From Candidatus Omnitrophota bacterium (lineage in GTDB: Bacteria; Omnitrophota; Gorgyraeia; Gygaellales; Profunditerraquicolaceae): 64,000 nt of DNA. The notes beneath the pieces were generated by a model, which was not told the origin of the DNA, did not search any database, and worked only from the letters and a program-made list of their open reading frames with translations. The stretch's first letter is position 1. Each line of letters opens with the position of its first letter. Where the stretch lies: positions 21,625-85,624 of the forward strand of contig JALOQK010000002.1 in assembly GCA_025453395.1 (NCBI GenBank). Reading direction: 5' to 3'. The position numbers and the translations under genes are program-made. Below, one piece after another: positions 1-8,888 of the stretch.

Positions 1-1
1 T

Positions 2-490
2 AACTATAGAAGCGGGAAAGAGCCAGTTTTTAGCAAGGTTGATGGTTTGTATCGTGAGATACCCACAAAAGACGCCGAAAGCGTTTTAATCAGCTGGACT
101 TTAAGGATTGAGGGGGCAACGGGTTCTTCGGTTAAGCCCGAACAAGAGTCGCGGCTTTGTAGCGGAGCATGGACTGGGACCGTCATGGAAAGTTTTAAAG
201 GAGGGCAGGTCTATTCTAAGGCTTACGTAGCTTACGGCAATAGCAATGATTATCAGCCTATTGGTCAGGATGCGGCAATGACCGTGCCTGATGGTGGATC
301 GGTAACTGTAACCGCTCCGCCTCCTGTTTTTGACCCCACGCATACAGGAAGCTGTACTTTAAAGGTACCTGAAAATACAGATAAGATTAAGGTCCAGATC
401 TATTGGAAGAATGACACGGCTCTTAATATCACCAGTAAAGCGGACTATCAGGATTTGATGGTCACGGTTTTGCCTAAAGGGCATAAATAG
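2..490 (+). CDS. secreted protein of unknown function, paralog A; 5' end cut by window edge
   Basis: Frame-2 ORF runs from the window edge. It aligns residue by residue with the C-terminal two thirds of the 498..1202 product (KVDGL.., TWTLR.EGA.., GGQVYSKAY.AYGNS.NYQP.GQDAAMTVPDGGS, THTGSCTLKVPENTDKIKVQIYWKNDTALNITSKADYQ). Confidence 0.5.
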   Translation, partial: NYRSGKEPVFSKVDGLYREIPTKDAESVLISWTLRIEGATGSSVKPEQESRLCSGAWTGTVMESFKGGQVYSKAYVAYGNSNDYQPIGQDAAMTVPDGGSVTVTAPPPVFDPTHTGSCTLKVPENTDKIKVQIYWKNDTALNITSKADYQDLMVTVLPKGHK

Positions 491-497
491 CGGGGAG

Positions 498-1202
498 GTG
501 TACAATATGAGATTATTGGTTTTGTTAATACTTGCCATATTTTCCTTTTCATCTTTGGTAAAGGCGGCAGAGGAAACTGGCCTTAAGGCTAAGGTAGAGG
601 CTGTTCCGAAGATACTGCAGAAGTCCGGAGCAAGGACTGCTACTTTGAAGGCTTCAAGATGGCCGGATTTCTCTAATTGTAACGGCGAGAGCTCTTGTTG
701 CGATAAACTTAAGGCTATTAAATTTCCAGATAACTATAGAGGCGGGAGAGATCCGGTTTTTAGTAAAGTTGACGGTCTGCATCTTGAAGTGCCCACTAAA
801 AATGCCCAGAGTGTTTTTATAACCTGGACTTTGAGGGTGGAAGGTGCCGGTGAAATAATAAACCCATGGCAGAATATTTGTAGTGCTTGGCATGGCTCGG
901 TTACGGAAAGCTTTAGAGGCGGACAGGTATACTCCAAGGCCTACATAGCTTACGGCAATAGTGATAATTATCAGCCCGTCGGGCAGGATGCGGCAATGAC
1001 TGTGCCAGACGGCGGTTCAGCTGTTTCAAATAATCCGTCTGACCCCACGCATACAGGAAGCTGTACTTTAAAGGTACCTGAAAACACAGATAAGATTAAG
1101 GTCCAGATCTATTGGAAGAATGACACGGCTCTTAATATCACCAGTAAAGCTGACTATCAGAACCTGATGGTCACGGTTTTACCTAAGGGTAGAAATGATT
1201 AG
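498..1202 (+). CDS. secreted protein of unknown function, paralog B, with Sec-type signal peptide
   Basis: N-terminal signal peptide MRLLVLLILAIFSFSSLVKA-AEE. Tandem paralog of the upstream gene. Cys-containing mature domain. Tightly linked to the downstream pseudopilin genes. Confidence 0.55.
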   Translation: MYNMRLLVLLILAIFSFSSLVKAAEETGLKAKVEAVPKILQKSGARTATLKASRWPDFSNCNGESSCCDKLKAIKFPDNYRGGRDPVFSKVDGLHLEVPTKNAQSVFITWTLRVEGAGEIINPWQNICSAWHGSVTESFRGGQVYSKAYIAYGNSDNYQPVGQDAAMTVPDGGSAVSNNPSDPTHTGSCTLKVPENTDKIKVQIYWKNDTALNITSKADYQNLMVTVLPKGRND

Positions 1203-2058
1203 CAGGCCCGTTAGAGAACCGGGGTTATCCGGTTTAGGGATCAAGGGTTTTACCCTTGTTGAGATCATTGTTTCTCTTATTCTGGTCGGCATAGGATTGT
1301 TTCTCTGCACTAAAATCTTTATCGTATCTAAATATCTGAACAAAGAGGCAGAAAACAAGGCCCGGGCCATGGAATTGGTTTCTGCCTTGATTAATGAACG
1401 CCTAGCGCAGTCTTACTTAAGCCTTTCTGGTGACGCTGTGGATAGCTATGACGGCGGTTTCTTCAACTGTACTACTACTATCAATGAGAAGCAAATGCCT
1501 GCCGGGTCTTCCGGAAAAGACGATATACCATATAAAGAGATAGAAGTTATCTGCGGATACCAGGATAAAAACGCTAACGGCCAATCTACTCCTAGGAGCG
1601 TGCGTTTGGTTAATATTGTGCCGTACCCCCGGATGCATTTTTTTAGCGCGGAAGATTCTCCGGGCGTTTTAGTCAGACAGTTTGCCAATTCTACCGTTGC
1701 TAACAAAGACCTTAACGCCAGGATACTTGAATTTAATTTTGACATAGCCGTAAAAAGCGACTATAGTGTTTTCTATAATATAGCAACTGAGTTTGGCGAT
1801 ATAAGCGCAGTGGCAGATACGGACCTTATTTATTCTGCCTGTCTTCTTATAAATAAAAATACAAAAAAGGAACATTGGGCGGATTTGCAGACAGGCACTC
1901 CCATTCGTACACAACCGACTATTAACAGTGCTGTGACTATTGAGAATATCCCCAAGGGTTCTTATATTTTCAGGTTAATCTGGTGGAAGCAATTTGATCG
2001 GGGAGAAATAAGGGCCAAAAGGGTCAATATGGTCATAGAGCAGGTGGAATCGGAATAA
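1195..2058 (+). CDS. type IV pilin-like protein (pseudopilin / minor pilin)
   Basis: Class III signal motif KG-FTLVEIIVSLILVGIGL with Glu at +5 followed by a hydrophobic helix. Its start overlaps the stop of the upstream gene. Confidence 0.65.
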   Translation: MISRPVREPGLSGLGIKGFTLVEIIVSLILVGIGLFLCTKIFIVSKYLNKEAENKARAMELVSALINERLAQSYLSLSGDAVDSYDGGFFNCTTTINEKQMPAGSSGKDDIPYKEIEVICGYQDKNANGQSTPRSVRLVNIVPYPRMHFFSAEDSPGVLVRQFANSTVANKDLNARILEFNFDIAVKSDYSVFYNIATEFGDISAVADTDLIYSACLLINKNTKKEHWADLQTGTPIRTQPTINSAVTIENIPKGSYIFRLIWWKQFDRGEIRAKRVNMVIEQVESE

Positions 2059-2067
2059 TACTAATAT

Positions 2068-2646
2068 ATGAATGTGAAAGCGCTGACTTTAATAGAGCTT
2101 ATAATAACACTTATCATTATAAGCATAGTTATGGTTCTTATATCAGCCAGCCTTTTCTTTTTTATCGCCCAATTTCAGAGCAATGTGGAAAGGAGCCAGC
2201 TTTATGCTCAGATGAATTACGCCATGGAAGATGTAAAGATGCGTTGTCCAAGCGCCATAGATCTGGGAAGCTATTTTGACGTTAGATTCCCTTCGGGCGG
2301 TAACAAGGATACAAAAGACAAGCTTATTTTTTGGGGAGAGAAAGACCAGGCAAATGTTACTCCTGACGATAAATCCGATAACCTGTGGTATAAATATTAT
2401 ATTAATCCATCCGGTGACTTTGTGATCAAGGAGTGCGTAAATTCATCTTGCAACGCGGGATCCGAGGATATATTAATTGATAAAGACTTTCAACCTAAAA
2501 TAGAATTCATTTATGAAAAGGATTCCGCGCCGAATTTTCTTAAAGTTTTATTAACTGCCCAGAATAAGAAACCTGCTTTGGGATCTCAGGCCCAGATTGT
2601 AAAAGAAGCAGGTTTGAGATTCTGGTTTATTGACATAGCCAAATGA
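2068..2646 (+). CDS. pilin-like protein with non-canonical junction (A-LTLIE)
   Basis: N-terminus MNVKALTLIELIITLIIISIV resembles a prepilin but has Ala in place of Gly at -1. Hydrophobic helix follows. Confidence 0.5.
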   Translation: MNVKALTLIELIITLIIISIVMVLISASLFFFIAQFQSNVERSQLYAQMNYAMEDVKMRCPSAIDLGSYFDVRFPSGGNKDTKDKLIFWGEKDQANVTPDDKSDNLWYKYYINPSGDFVIKECVNSSCNAGSEDILIDKDFQPKIEFIYEKDSAPNFLKVLLTAQNKKPALGSQAQIVKEAGLRFWFIDIAK

Positions 2647-2963
2647 TAGCCATAATATCTTCTGTAATTGTTATAATTAGTTCTATTGTGGTCACGCTTG
2701 TAAGTTTTAATCCTAATTTCCACAGTATGATGGAAAATGATTTCAAGCGTTCCGCGTTTAATAATGCATACCTATATAGCTGGGAGATAGCACAGCTTAA
2801 GGTGCGTTCTGGTCAGCTTACAAACACGAAAACCAAGATTAATGACTTGCCGCTTGGCTATTTAACTAAAAAAGGCGGTACTGAAGTGCAGAAATTCAAG
2901 ACCGATATAACCTTAAAGCCTGCCGATGGATCGCTTACTATCATTGTAGAGGAAGACAATTGA
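2643..2963 (+). CDS. small membrane-anchored protein, possibly a minor pseudopilin
   Basis: N-terminal hydrophobic segment IAIISSVIVIISSIVVTLV. Overlaps the upstream stop, so it is operonic with the pseudopilins. No Glu5. Confidence 0.3.
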   Translation: MIAIISSVIVIISSIVVTLVSFNPNFHSMMENDFKRSAFNNAYLYSWEIAQLKVRSGQLTNTKTKINDLPLGYLTKKGGTEVQKFKTDITLKPADGSLTIIVEEDN

Positions 2964-2996
2964 CAAGTCTCGCCTCTTTTCGTATAATAATTTTTC

Positions 2997-3605
2997 ATGA
3001 GAATAAAAGACTGTAAATCTTTGAGTTTGCTTTTGTTAGGTTTTTTCTTGTTGCCTGCATTGTTAACAGCCCAAGAAGCGCCTCAACGCTCTTTAGAGGC
3101 AATAGAGTTTTTTGCGGGTTACGGCTGGAATCAATTAAAGCCTTTCAAAGCTGGAGAACCAAGAAAAGATTACCGCCAAATCCCTTTATTAGCAGATTTT
3201 GATTTCAATCTTAAGAACTTCACCAAGAAAGTGGGGGTTAATCCTCCCGGTTTACTGCAATTTCAGGTTGAGCCATTTTTTTCTTTTGTTACAAGCCCGG
3301 ATAGAAATATAGAAACCGGCACCTCGTTTTTTATAAAAATCGGGATATTGCCCCAAACTTCCCGTATACAACCTTATATCAAAGCCGGGCCCGGTATGGT
3401 TTATATGACCCAGAATACCGCAGAACAGGGTACGAAATTTAATTTTATTGAAACCGGCGCTGCCGGATTTCATTTTTTCATAAATAAAAACACAGCCTTT
3501 AGCGCGGAATACAGGTTTCGCCATCTCTCCAATGCCGGGATAAAAGAACCTAACGGAGGCATTAATTCCCGTTTTGTCTTAGCCGGCGTAACATACCAAT
3601 ATTAA
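2997..3605 (+). CDS. outer-membrane beta-barrel protein, PagL-like lipid A deacylase candidate
   Basis: Signal peptide LLLLGFFLLPALLTAQEA. C-terminal ..EYRFRHLSNAG.. (H-x-S-N-A resembles the PagL catalytic motif). Ends in an aromatic residue (VTYQY), typical of OM barrels. Confidence 0.45.
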   Translation: MRIKDCKSLSLLLLGFFLLPALLTAQEAPQRSLEAIEFFAGYGWNQLKPFKAGEPRKDYRQIPLLADFDFNLKNFTKKVGVNPPGLLQFQVEPFFSFVTSPDRNIETGTSFFIKIGILPQTSRIQPYIKAGPGMVYMTQNTAEQGTKFNFIETGAAGFHFFINKNTAFSAEYRFRHLSNAGIKEPNGGINSRFVLAGVTYQY

Positions 3606-3610
3606 TAATC

Positions 3611-4588
3611 TTGAAGGATATTAAAATGCCTCTTTGTATAGGAAAATTAAAAATTCCTTCGCGGCTTATCTTAGCCCCTATGGCAGGAGTTACAGATTTT
3701 CCTTTTCGTTCTCTTAACCGCAGGTTTGGCTGTGAGTTTGCTTTTGTGGAGATGATCAATGTGCGCTCTTTAAGCCATAAAAGCAAAAAAACCAAATCCA
3801 TGCTTTTTTCGGATAATAAGGATTCGCCTTTGGGAGTGCAGATATTAGGCTGTGAGTCAGAATACATTCTAAAGGGCATGGAGGTTTTGGCTAATTATAA
3901 GTATGATCTATTGGATTTTAATTCTGCCTGCCCCGCAAAAAAGATCGTGCGCAGGCATGAGGGATCGTATCTGATGCGTACCCCAAAGAAATTGGCGAAA
4001 TTGCTAAAGCTTGTGGTTAAAAATTCCAAAGTTCCGGTAACAGTTAAAATCCGTTCCGGATGGGATAAGGATTCTATTAATGCTGCGGATGTAGCGCTTG
4101 CTTGCCAGGACGCAGGGGTGTCGTGTGTTTTTATGCATGGCCGAAGCAGAATGCAGGAGTATTCCGGAAACGTGGATTATAAAATTATTAAACAAACCAA
4201 GAAAGTTTTACAGATTCCGCTAGTAGCAAGCGGAGATATTTTTGACGCAAGGTTAGCTAAAAAGATGTTTGATGAGACCGGATGCGATGGTTTGGCGGTT
4301 GCGCGCGGCGCGTTAGGGAATCCATGGCTATTTAATCAGATAGGCAAATATTTAGATAAAGGGATTTTGATTGATCAGCCCAAGGTAGAGGAAATTAAAA
4401 AGGTTATGCGGGAACACCTTGATGGTTGCGTGAAATTTTACAACGCAAAACCCGCGGTAATAATCTTTCGGAAATTCTTTGTCTGGTATACCAAGGGCCT
4501 GCGTGATATAAGGAAAATCCGGCAGGATGCTATGAGCATAACTTCTCTTGATAAAATGCAGAAAATTATAGATGGGCTTGAAGAATAA
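3611..4588 (+). CDS. dus: tRNA-dihydrouridine synthase
   Basis: LAPMAGVTDFPFR near the N-terminus and a TIM-barrel Dus-family signature through the protein. Confidence 0.8.
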   Translation: MKDIKMPLCIGKLKIPSRLILAPMAGVTDFPFRSLNRRFGCEFAFVEMINVRSLSHKSKKTKSMLFSDNKDSPLGVQILGCESEYILKGMEVLANYKYDLLDFNSACPAKKIVRRHEGSYLMRTPKKLAKLLKLVVKNSKVPVTVKIRSGWDKDSINAADVALACQDAGVSCVFMHGRSRMQEYSGNVDYKIIKQTKKVLQIPLVASGDIFDARLAKKMFDETGCDGLAVARGALGNPWLFNQIGKYLDKGILIDQPKVEEIKKVMREHLDGCVKFYNAKPAVIIFRKFFVWYTKGLRDIRKIRQDAMSITSLDKMQKIIDGLEE

Positions 4589-4598
4589 AGATATAATA

Positions 4599-4691
4599 TC
4601 AGCTATCAGCTTTCAGCTAAAAGCGTAAAGCTTAAAGCGAAAAACTAAAACTTAAAGCGAAAAATGAAAAGCAAAAACTAAAAGCGAAAAA
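4599..4691. repeat. heptanucleotide-periodic simple repeat (ATCAGCT / AAAAGCG / TAAAGCT units)
   Basis: Sequence reads atcagct atcagct ttcagct aaaagcg taaagct taaagcg aaaaact .. with strict 7-nt phase. Intergenic between dus and the next gene. The same units recur inside recG. Confidence 0.8.
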
Positions 4692-4697
4692 GGAAGA

Positions 4698-5177
4698 ATG
4701 GATATGAAAAAAATAGAATTAATGTTAACGGCATTCATTGCGGCAGGGATTTTCTTGTCTAGCGCGCAGGCTTCGGAAATAAAAGTAGAGGCGCAGGTGG
4801 ATAAGAAAGCAATGACTACGGATGAAGCGCTTACCTACAAAATAAGCGTTTCTTCTTTGGAAAACAAGCTTCCCGAAATAAAGCTTCCTGATTTTGCAGG
4901 CTTCACAGTAATTTCGCAGGCGCAATCAAGCTCATTTAACTTTTCTTCTGGAAAGGCCAATAATAGCGCGGTATTTATATATGTTTTAGCTTGTTTGAAG
5001 GTAGGGAAATTGGAGATCAAACCAGCTTCAGTAAAAATAGGAAAAGATACATTTACCACAGAATCTTTTGTTATAGAAGTAAAGCAAGGTAAGAATCCCT
5101 TAAGATCAAGGCCAGAAAAGCAAGATAATGCTTTGCCGGAAGAATTTACTTCTGACCGCCCGCAATACGCATTATAA
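4698..5177 (+). CDS. secreted protein, BatD-like N-terminal domain candidate
   Basis: Signal peptide followed by a pattern resembling the BatD N-domain (..LPEIKLPDFAGFTVISQAQSSS..KVGKLEIKPASVKIG..). Weak call. Confidence 0.3.
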   Translation: MDMKKIELMLTAFIAAGIFLSSAQASEIKVEAQVDKKAMTTDEALTYKISVSSLENKLPEIKLPDFAGFTVISQAQSSSFNFSSGKANNSAVFIYVLACLKVGKLEIKPASVKIGKDTFTTESFVIEVKQGKNPLRSRPEKQDNALPEEFTSDRPQYAL

Positions 5178-5182
5178 AGCTT

Positions 5183-7321
5183 ATGGAAAATAATCCGCTT
5201 GAGCAGTCTGTCCAGTATCTAAAAGGGGTCGGCCCGGCACGCCTTAAATTGCTGCAGAAAATAGGGGTTAATTCTTTAGAAGACCTTTTGTATTATTTCC
5301 CCCGCCGCTATCAAGACCGCAGGAATTTTATTCCAATAGCAGCTTTAGAGCAAGGCCAAGTTCAGGCAATTAGAGCTAAGATTATTTCTTGTTATCAGCG
5401 CAGTTCTTTTTACCGCCGCGGGTTTAAGATAACTGAAATCGTTGCCGCAGATAAAAGCGGGAAAATTACCTGTGTCTGGTTTAACCAGCCCTACATTAAA
5501 AATTATTTGAAGATCGGCGAGGAAGCTATTTTCTACGGCAGAGTGGGGAGTTTTGGCAAGAAACTGCAGATGCACTCTCCGGAATTTGAAGTCTTATCTG
5601 TTGGCGAAGATGCGCAAGCAAATAGCGACAGCCTTATGCCGGTGTATTCTTTGCCGGATTCTATCACCCAGAGATATTTCCGGGATCTTATAAAATTAGT
5701 GATAGATGCCTATTTGCCAAAGCTGCATGATTTTATTCCTTATAGTATGCGTCAGCGTAATAATTTGTTAAACCTTGCCAAGGCGCTGGTAAGTATTCAT
5801 TTTCCTGCTGATCAAGAGGCGCGGGCCTTAGCCTATCAACGCTTGGCCTTTGATGAATTCCTGTTTTTCCAAATACCGCTGGCTTTAAGAAAACATCGCA
5901 GGAAAGAAGAACAGGGTATCGCCCATAAAACAGAAGGGGGCTTAGTGGATTGTTTCCTGCGCGGGTTAGGTTTTAAGCTAACTTCTTCGCAGGAGCAGGT
6001 TTTAAAAGAGATCAAGAAAGATATGGCCAGCCCTCAAGTTATGCAGCGGCTTTTACAGGGCGATGTTGGTTCAGGCAAGACCGTGGTAGCTACAGCTTCT
6101 TGCCTAATGGCTGTTCAGGGAGGCTTTCAGGCGGCATTTATGGTGCCTACGGAAATCTTGGCGAGACAGCATTATGAGAAAATAAGCTCTCAGCTTTCAG
6201 CTATCAGCCGTCAGCCTTCAGCTATCAGCCGTCAGCCTTCAGCTATCAGCTTTCAGCTAAAAGCAATAAAAGTGGCTTTACTAACTAGTGCGTTGAATAA
6301 GAAAGAAAAAGAGAAAATATATCAAGGCATAAAAAATGGAGCAATAAATTTGGTGATTGGCACGCACGCTTTACTGCAGCAACAGGTTGAATTTAAGAAT
6401 CTGGGGCTGGTGGTTATTGATGAACAGCATAAATTCGGCGTGGGTCAGCGAGCGTTATTGCCGCAAAAAGGAAAAAGCCCGGATATTCTGATCATGACCG
6501 CCACCCCTATCCCGCGGACTTTAGCAATTACCATTTATGGGGATTTGGATGTTTCTGTTATTTCGGAGTTACCTGCGGGCAAGGGCAAGATTAAGACCAT
6601 GAATTTTTCCGTCGGGCAAGAAAAAGCGGCCTATAGTTTGGCTAAAAAAGAGCTTGAGGCAGGCCGTCAGGCGTATATTATTTATCCGGTTATTGAAGAG
6701 TCTTATGCTTTGGATATGGAGGGCGCCAAGAAAAAATACGCGCAATTAAGTTCCGGAGATTTTAAACAATACCGCTTAGGGCTTATCCATGGCAGGCTTG
6801 ATGACAAACAGCAGAATCAATTGATGCAGGATTTCCGGGATAAGAAATTAGACATTCTTGTTTCTACCACTATTCTGGAAGTCGGGATTGATATCCCCAA
6901 TGCTACCTGTATAATCATTGAGAATGCCGAACGTTTTGGCTTGTCGCAGTTACATCAATTGCGGGGGCGGGTAGGAAGAGGCAAAGATGACGCCTATTGT
7001 TTATTGATTGCCAATACTTCTACTGTTGAAGCCAAGGCGCGCATGGAGGCAATGGTAAATTATAGCGATGGTTTTCATATTTCCGAGGAAGATTTAAGAA
7101 TCCGGGGGCCGGGTGAATTCTTCGGCATGCGCCAGCATGGCCTAAGCCAGCTTAAGATCGCCAATCCTCTGACCCAGATGCAGCTTTTAAAGAAGGCGCG
7201 TGATGAGGCACTGCGTTTGATTAATGACGATGCGGGGCTTGTTGCCAAAGACAATGTCTTGATCAGGCAGCGTTTATTCAAGGCCTTTCCGGAATATGAA
7301 AATTTAATACTCACGGGATAA
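5183..7321 (+). CDS. recG: ATP-dependent DNA helicase RecG
   Basis: Wedge domain, Walker A GDVGSGKT, DEQHKFGV, and QLHQLRGRVGRG helicase motif VI. Carries an in-frame repeat-derived insert at 6181..6262. Confidence 0.9.
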   Translation: MENNPLEQSVQYLKGVGPARLKLLQKIGVNSLEDLLYYFPRRYQDRRNFIPIAALEQGQVQAIRAKIISCYQRSSFYRRGFKITEIVAADKSGKITCVWFNQPYIKNYLKIGEEAIFYGRVGSFGKKLQMHSPEFEVLSVGEDAQANSDSLMPVYSLPDSITQRYFRDLIKLVIDAYLPKLHDFIPYSMRQRNNLLNLAKALVSIHFPADQEARALAYQRLAFDEFLFFQIPLALRKHRRKEEQGIAHKTEGGLVDCFLRGLGFKLTSSQEQVLKEIKKDMASPQVMQRLLQGDVGSGKTVVATASCLMAVQGGFQAAFMVPTEILARQHYEKISSQLSAISRQPSAISRQPSAISFQLKAIKVALLTSALNKKEKEKIYQGIKNGAINLVIGTHALLQQQVEFKNLGLVVIDEQHKFGVGQRALLPQKGKSPDILIMTATPIPRTLAITIYGDLDVSVISELPAGKGKIKTMNFSVGQEKAAYSLAKKELEAGRQAYIIYPVIEESYALDMEGAKKKYAQLSSGDFKQYRLGLIHGRLDDKQQNQLMQDFRDKKLDILVSTTILEVGIDIPNATCIIIENAERFGLSQLHQLRGRVGRGKDDAYCLLIANTSTVEAKARMEAMVNYSDGFHISEEDLRIRGPGEFFGMRQHGLSQLKIANPLTQMQLLKKARDEALRLINDDAGLVAKDNVLIRQRLFKAFPEYENLILTG
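6181..6262 (+). repeat. heptanucleotide repeat array embedded in frame in recG
   Basis: Sequence cagcttt cagctat cagccgt cagcctt cagctat cagccgt cagcctt cagctat cagcttt cagctaa, encoding ..SQLSAISRQPSAISRQPSAISFQLKA.. The 21-nt (3-unit) block is duplicated. The terminal agctatcagctttcagctaaaagc is identical to the intergenic element at 4599. Confidence 0.85.
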
Positions 7322-7324
7322 CAG

Positions 7325-7879
7325 ATGCGTATTACAAGCGGCATTTACAAGAATCGTAAGCTTAAGATGCCTGCAGGTATTCGTCCGACACAGGAGAAAA
7401 CCCGCAAGGCCATATTTGATATTATGGGCGATATATCGGGCTTGAGGTTTTTGGAGCTTTTTGCCGGGTCAGGGGCGGTAGGTTTTGAGGCTTTGTCGCG
7501 GCAAGTTGAAGAGGTGGTCTTAGTGGAAGATAGCCGCGCCTGCCAAAAGGTGATTCAGGAGGCTATCCGGGATTGGAAAATCCCGAATTGTTCGCTTTTG
7601 CCTTTGCCTGTTCCCAAAGCCATAGAAATACTGGTGAAAAATAACGATAGATTTGATATTATCTTTATGGACCCCCCGTATTACCAGGATTGGGCAAAAA
7701 AAATCTTGCAAAGCCTATCCTCTTGTGATATATTAGCGCCCAATGGTTTTGTGGTTGCCCAGACGCACAAAACAGAGAATCTCCCTGATTGTCAGGGAGG
7801 TTTAATTTTGTTTAAGCGCTCTGTTTATGGAGATACGGTTCTTTGGTTCTATAAAAACAAGTTAAATGAGGTTACATAA
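7325..7879 (+). CDS. rsmD: 16S rRNA (guanine966-N2)-methyltransferase RsmD
   Basis: ..KTRKAIFDIMG.. LFAGSGAVGFEALSR .. DPPY motif. Confidence 0.8.
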   Translation: MRITSGIYKNRKLKMPAGIRPTQEKTRKAIFDIMGDISGLRFLELFAGSGAVGFEALSRQVEEVVLVEDSRACQKVIQEAIRDWKIPNCSLLPLPVPKAIEILVKNNDRFDIIFMDPPYYQDWAKKILQSLSSCDILAPNGFVVAQTHKTENLPDCQGGLILFKRSVYGDTVLWFYKNKLNEVT

Positions 7880-7960
7880 GGTTACATGGGGTTAATTGAG
7901 GTTGCCTTTGCAACGTCATGTAACATCATTTAACATCATGCAACTTCAGATAACCTATAT
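7855..7960. repeat. palindromic element built from ~10-bp GGTTACATGA-type units (family B, copy 1)
   Basis: Left arm gttaaatgag gttacataag gttacatggg gttaattgag gttgcc, then its approximate reverse complement tgcaacgtca tgtaacatca tttaacatca tgcaacttca. Confidence 0.75.
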
Positions 7961-7964
7961 TATT

Positions 7965-8456
7965 ATGTGTAAAACAGCGATTTACCCGGGCAGCTTTGAC
8001 CCGGTAACTTATGGCCATATTGATTTAATCAAGAGGGCAAAGGAAGTCTTTCCGGATTTGATAGTGGCCGTAGCCTATAACGCCCATAAAAAGCCTATTT
8101 TTAGCGTTAAAGAGCGAGTTGATATGCTTAAAAAAGCTACCGCTGGAATTGAAGGGGTAGAGATCACTTCCTTTGACGGCCTGGTTGTGGATTTTGCCCG
8201 TAAGCACAAATCCGCTGTGATCATCCGGGGATTGCGCATGATCTCAGATTTTGAATATGAGTTTCAGATGGCTTTGACCAACCGCAAACTTGCCCCTGAT
8301 ATTGAAACGATCTTTCTTATGCCGCAGGAAGCCTATAGTTATGTTTCTTCCCGGCTTTTAAAAGAAGCATCCTCCTTGGGCGCTAATTTAGGCGCGTTTA
8401 TCCCGGATTTCGTGGAAAAGGCCTTGAGGGATAAATTAAGGCTTGGCAAGAAATAA
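7965..8456 (+). CDS. coaD: phosphopantetheine adenylyltransferase
   Basis: AIYPGSFDPVTYGHIDLIKRA. I chose the start at MCKTAIYPG; the upstream in-frame extension lies inside the repeat element. Confidence 0.85.
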   Translation: MCKTAIYPGSFDPVTYGHIDLIKRAKEVFPDLIVAVAYNAHKKPIFSVKERVDMLKKATAGIEGVEITSFDGLVVDFARKHKSAVIIRGLRMISDFEYEFQMALTNRKLAPDIETIFLMPQEAYSYVSSRLLKEASSLGANLGAFIPDFVEKALRDKLRLGKK

Positions 8457-8462
8457 GCCAGA

Positions 8463-8870
8463 ATGAAGATTAACATCCATCAGATCCCGCAAGATGGAAT
8501 ATACATAGAAGAAAAAATCGACCCGCGCCACTGGGAATTAGACGCTGCCCATGTGCGTTTTACGGGTGATGTTCTTTTAAAGGCGCATTTAAACAAAATA
8601 ACCAACGCCATAAGCGCCAAGATCAGCGTTTCCGGGAAAGCGTTAATGACCTGCGGCAGATGCTTAGGCGATTACCGGGTTAGCCTGAATAAAGATTTTC
8701 AGCTGGATTTTCCGGTTGACGAAAAGGAACAGTTTTTAGTTTTAGACGATAAGATACGCGATGAAATAATAATAGATTTTCCCATCAAGCCTTTATGCAA
8801 AGAAAATTGCAAAGGATTGTGCGTTTCCTGCGGCGTAAATTTAAATGAAAACAAATGCAATTGCAGGTGA
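8463..8870 (+). CDS. yceD: YceD/DUF177 family protein
   Basis: Cys-rich C-terminus CGRCLGDY..CKENCKGLCVSCGVNLNENKCNC. Sits in the conserved position upstream of rpmF-plsX. Confidence 0.7.
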   Translation: MKINIHQIPQDGIYIEEKIDPRHWELDAAHVRFTGDVLLKAHLNKITNAISAKISVSGKALMTCGRCLGDYRVSLNKDFQLDFPVDEKEQFLVLDDKIRDEIIIDFPIKPLCKENCKGLCVSCGVNLNENKCNCR

Positions 8871-8888
8871 AATTGAAAGGAGCAAAAG

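Noticed and set aside
5183-7321. recG as a pseudogene disrupted by the repeat insertion
   Set aside because: The reading frame is continuous over 712 aa. All helicase motifs on both sides of the insert are intact and in the same frame.
7896-7964. Upstream in-frame extension of coaD (MRLPLQRHVTSFNIMQLQITYIIM..)
   Set aside because: The extension is encoded entirely by the family B repeat element and has no ribosome-binding site. The conserved CoaD N-terminus begins at MCKTAIYPG.
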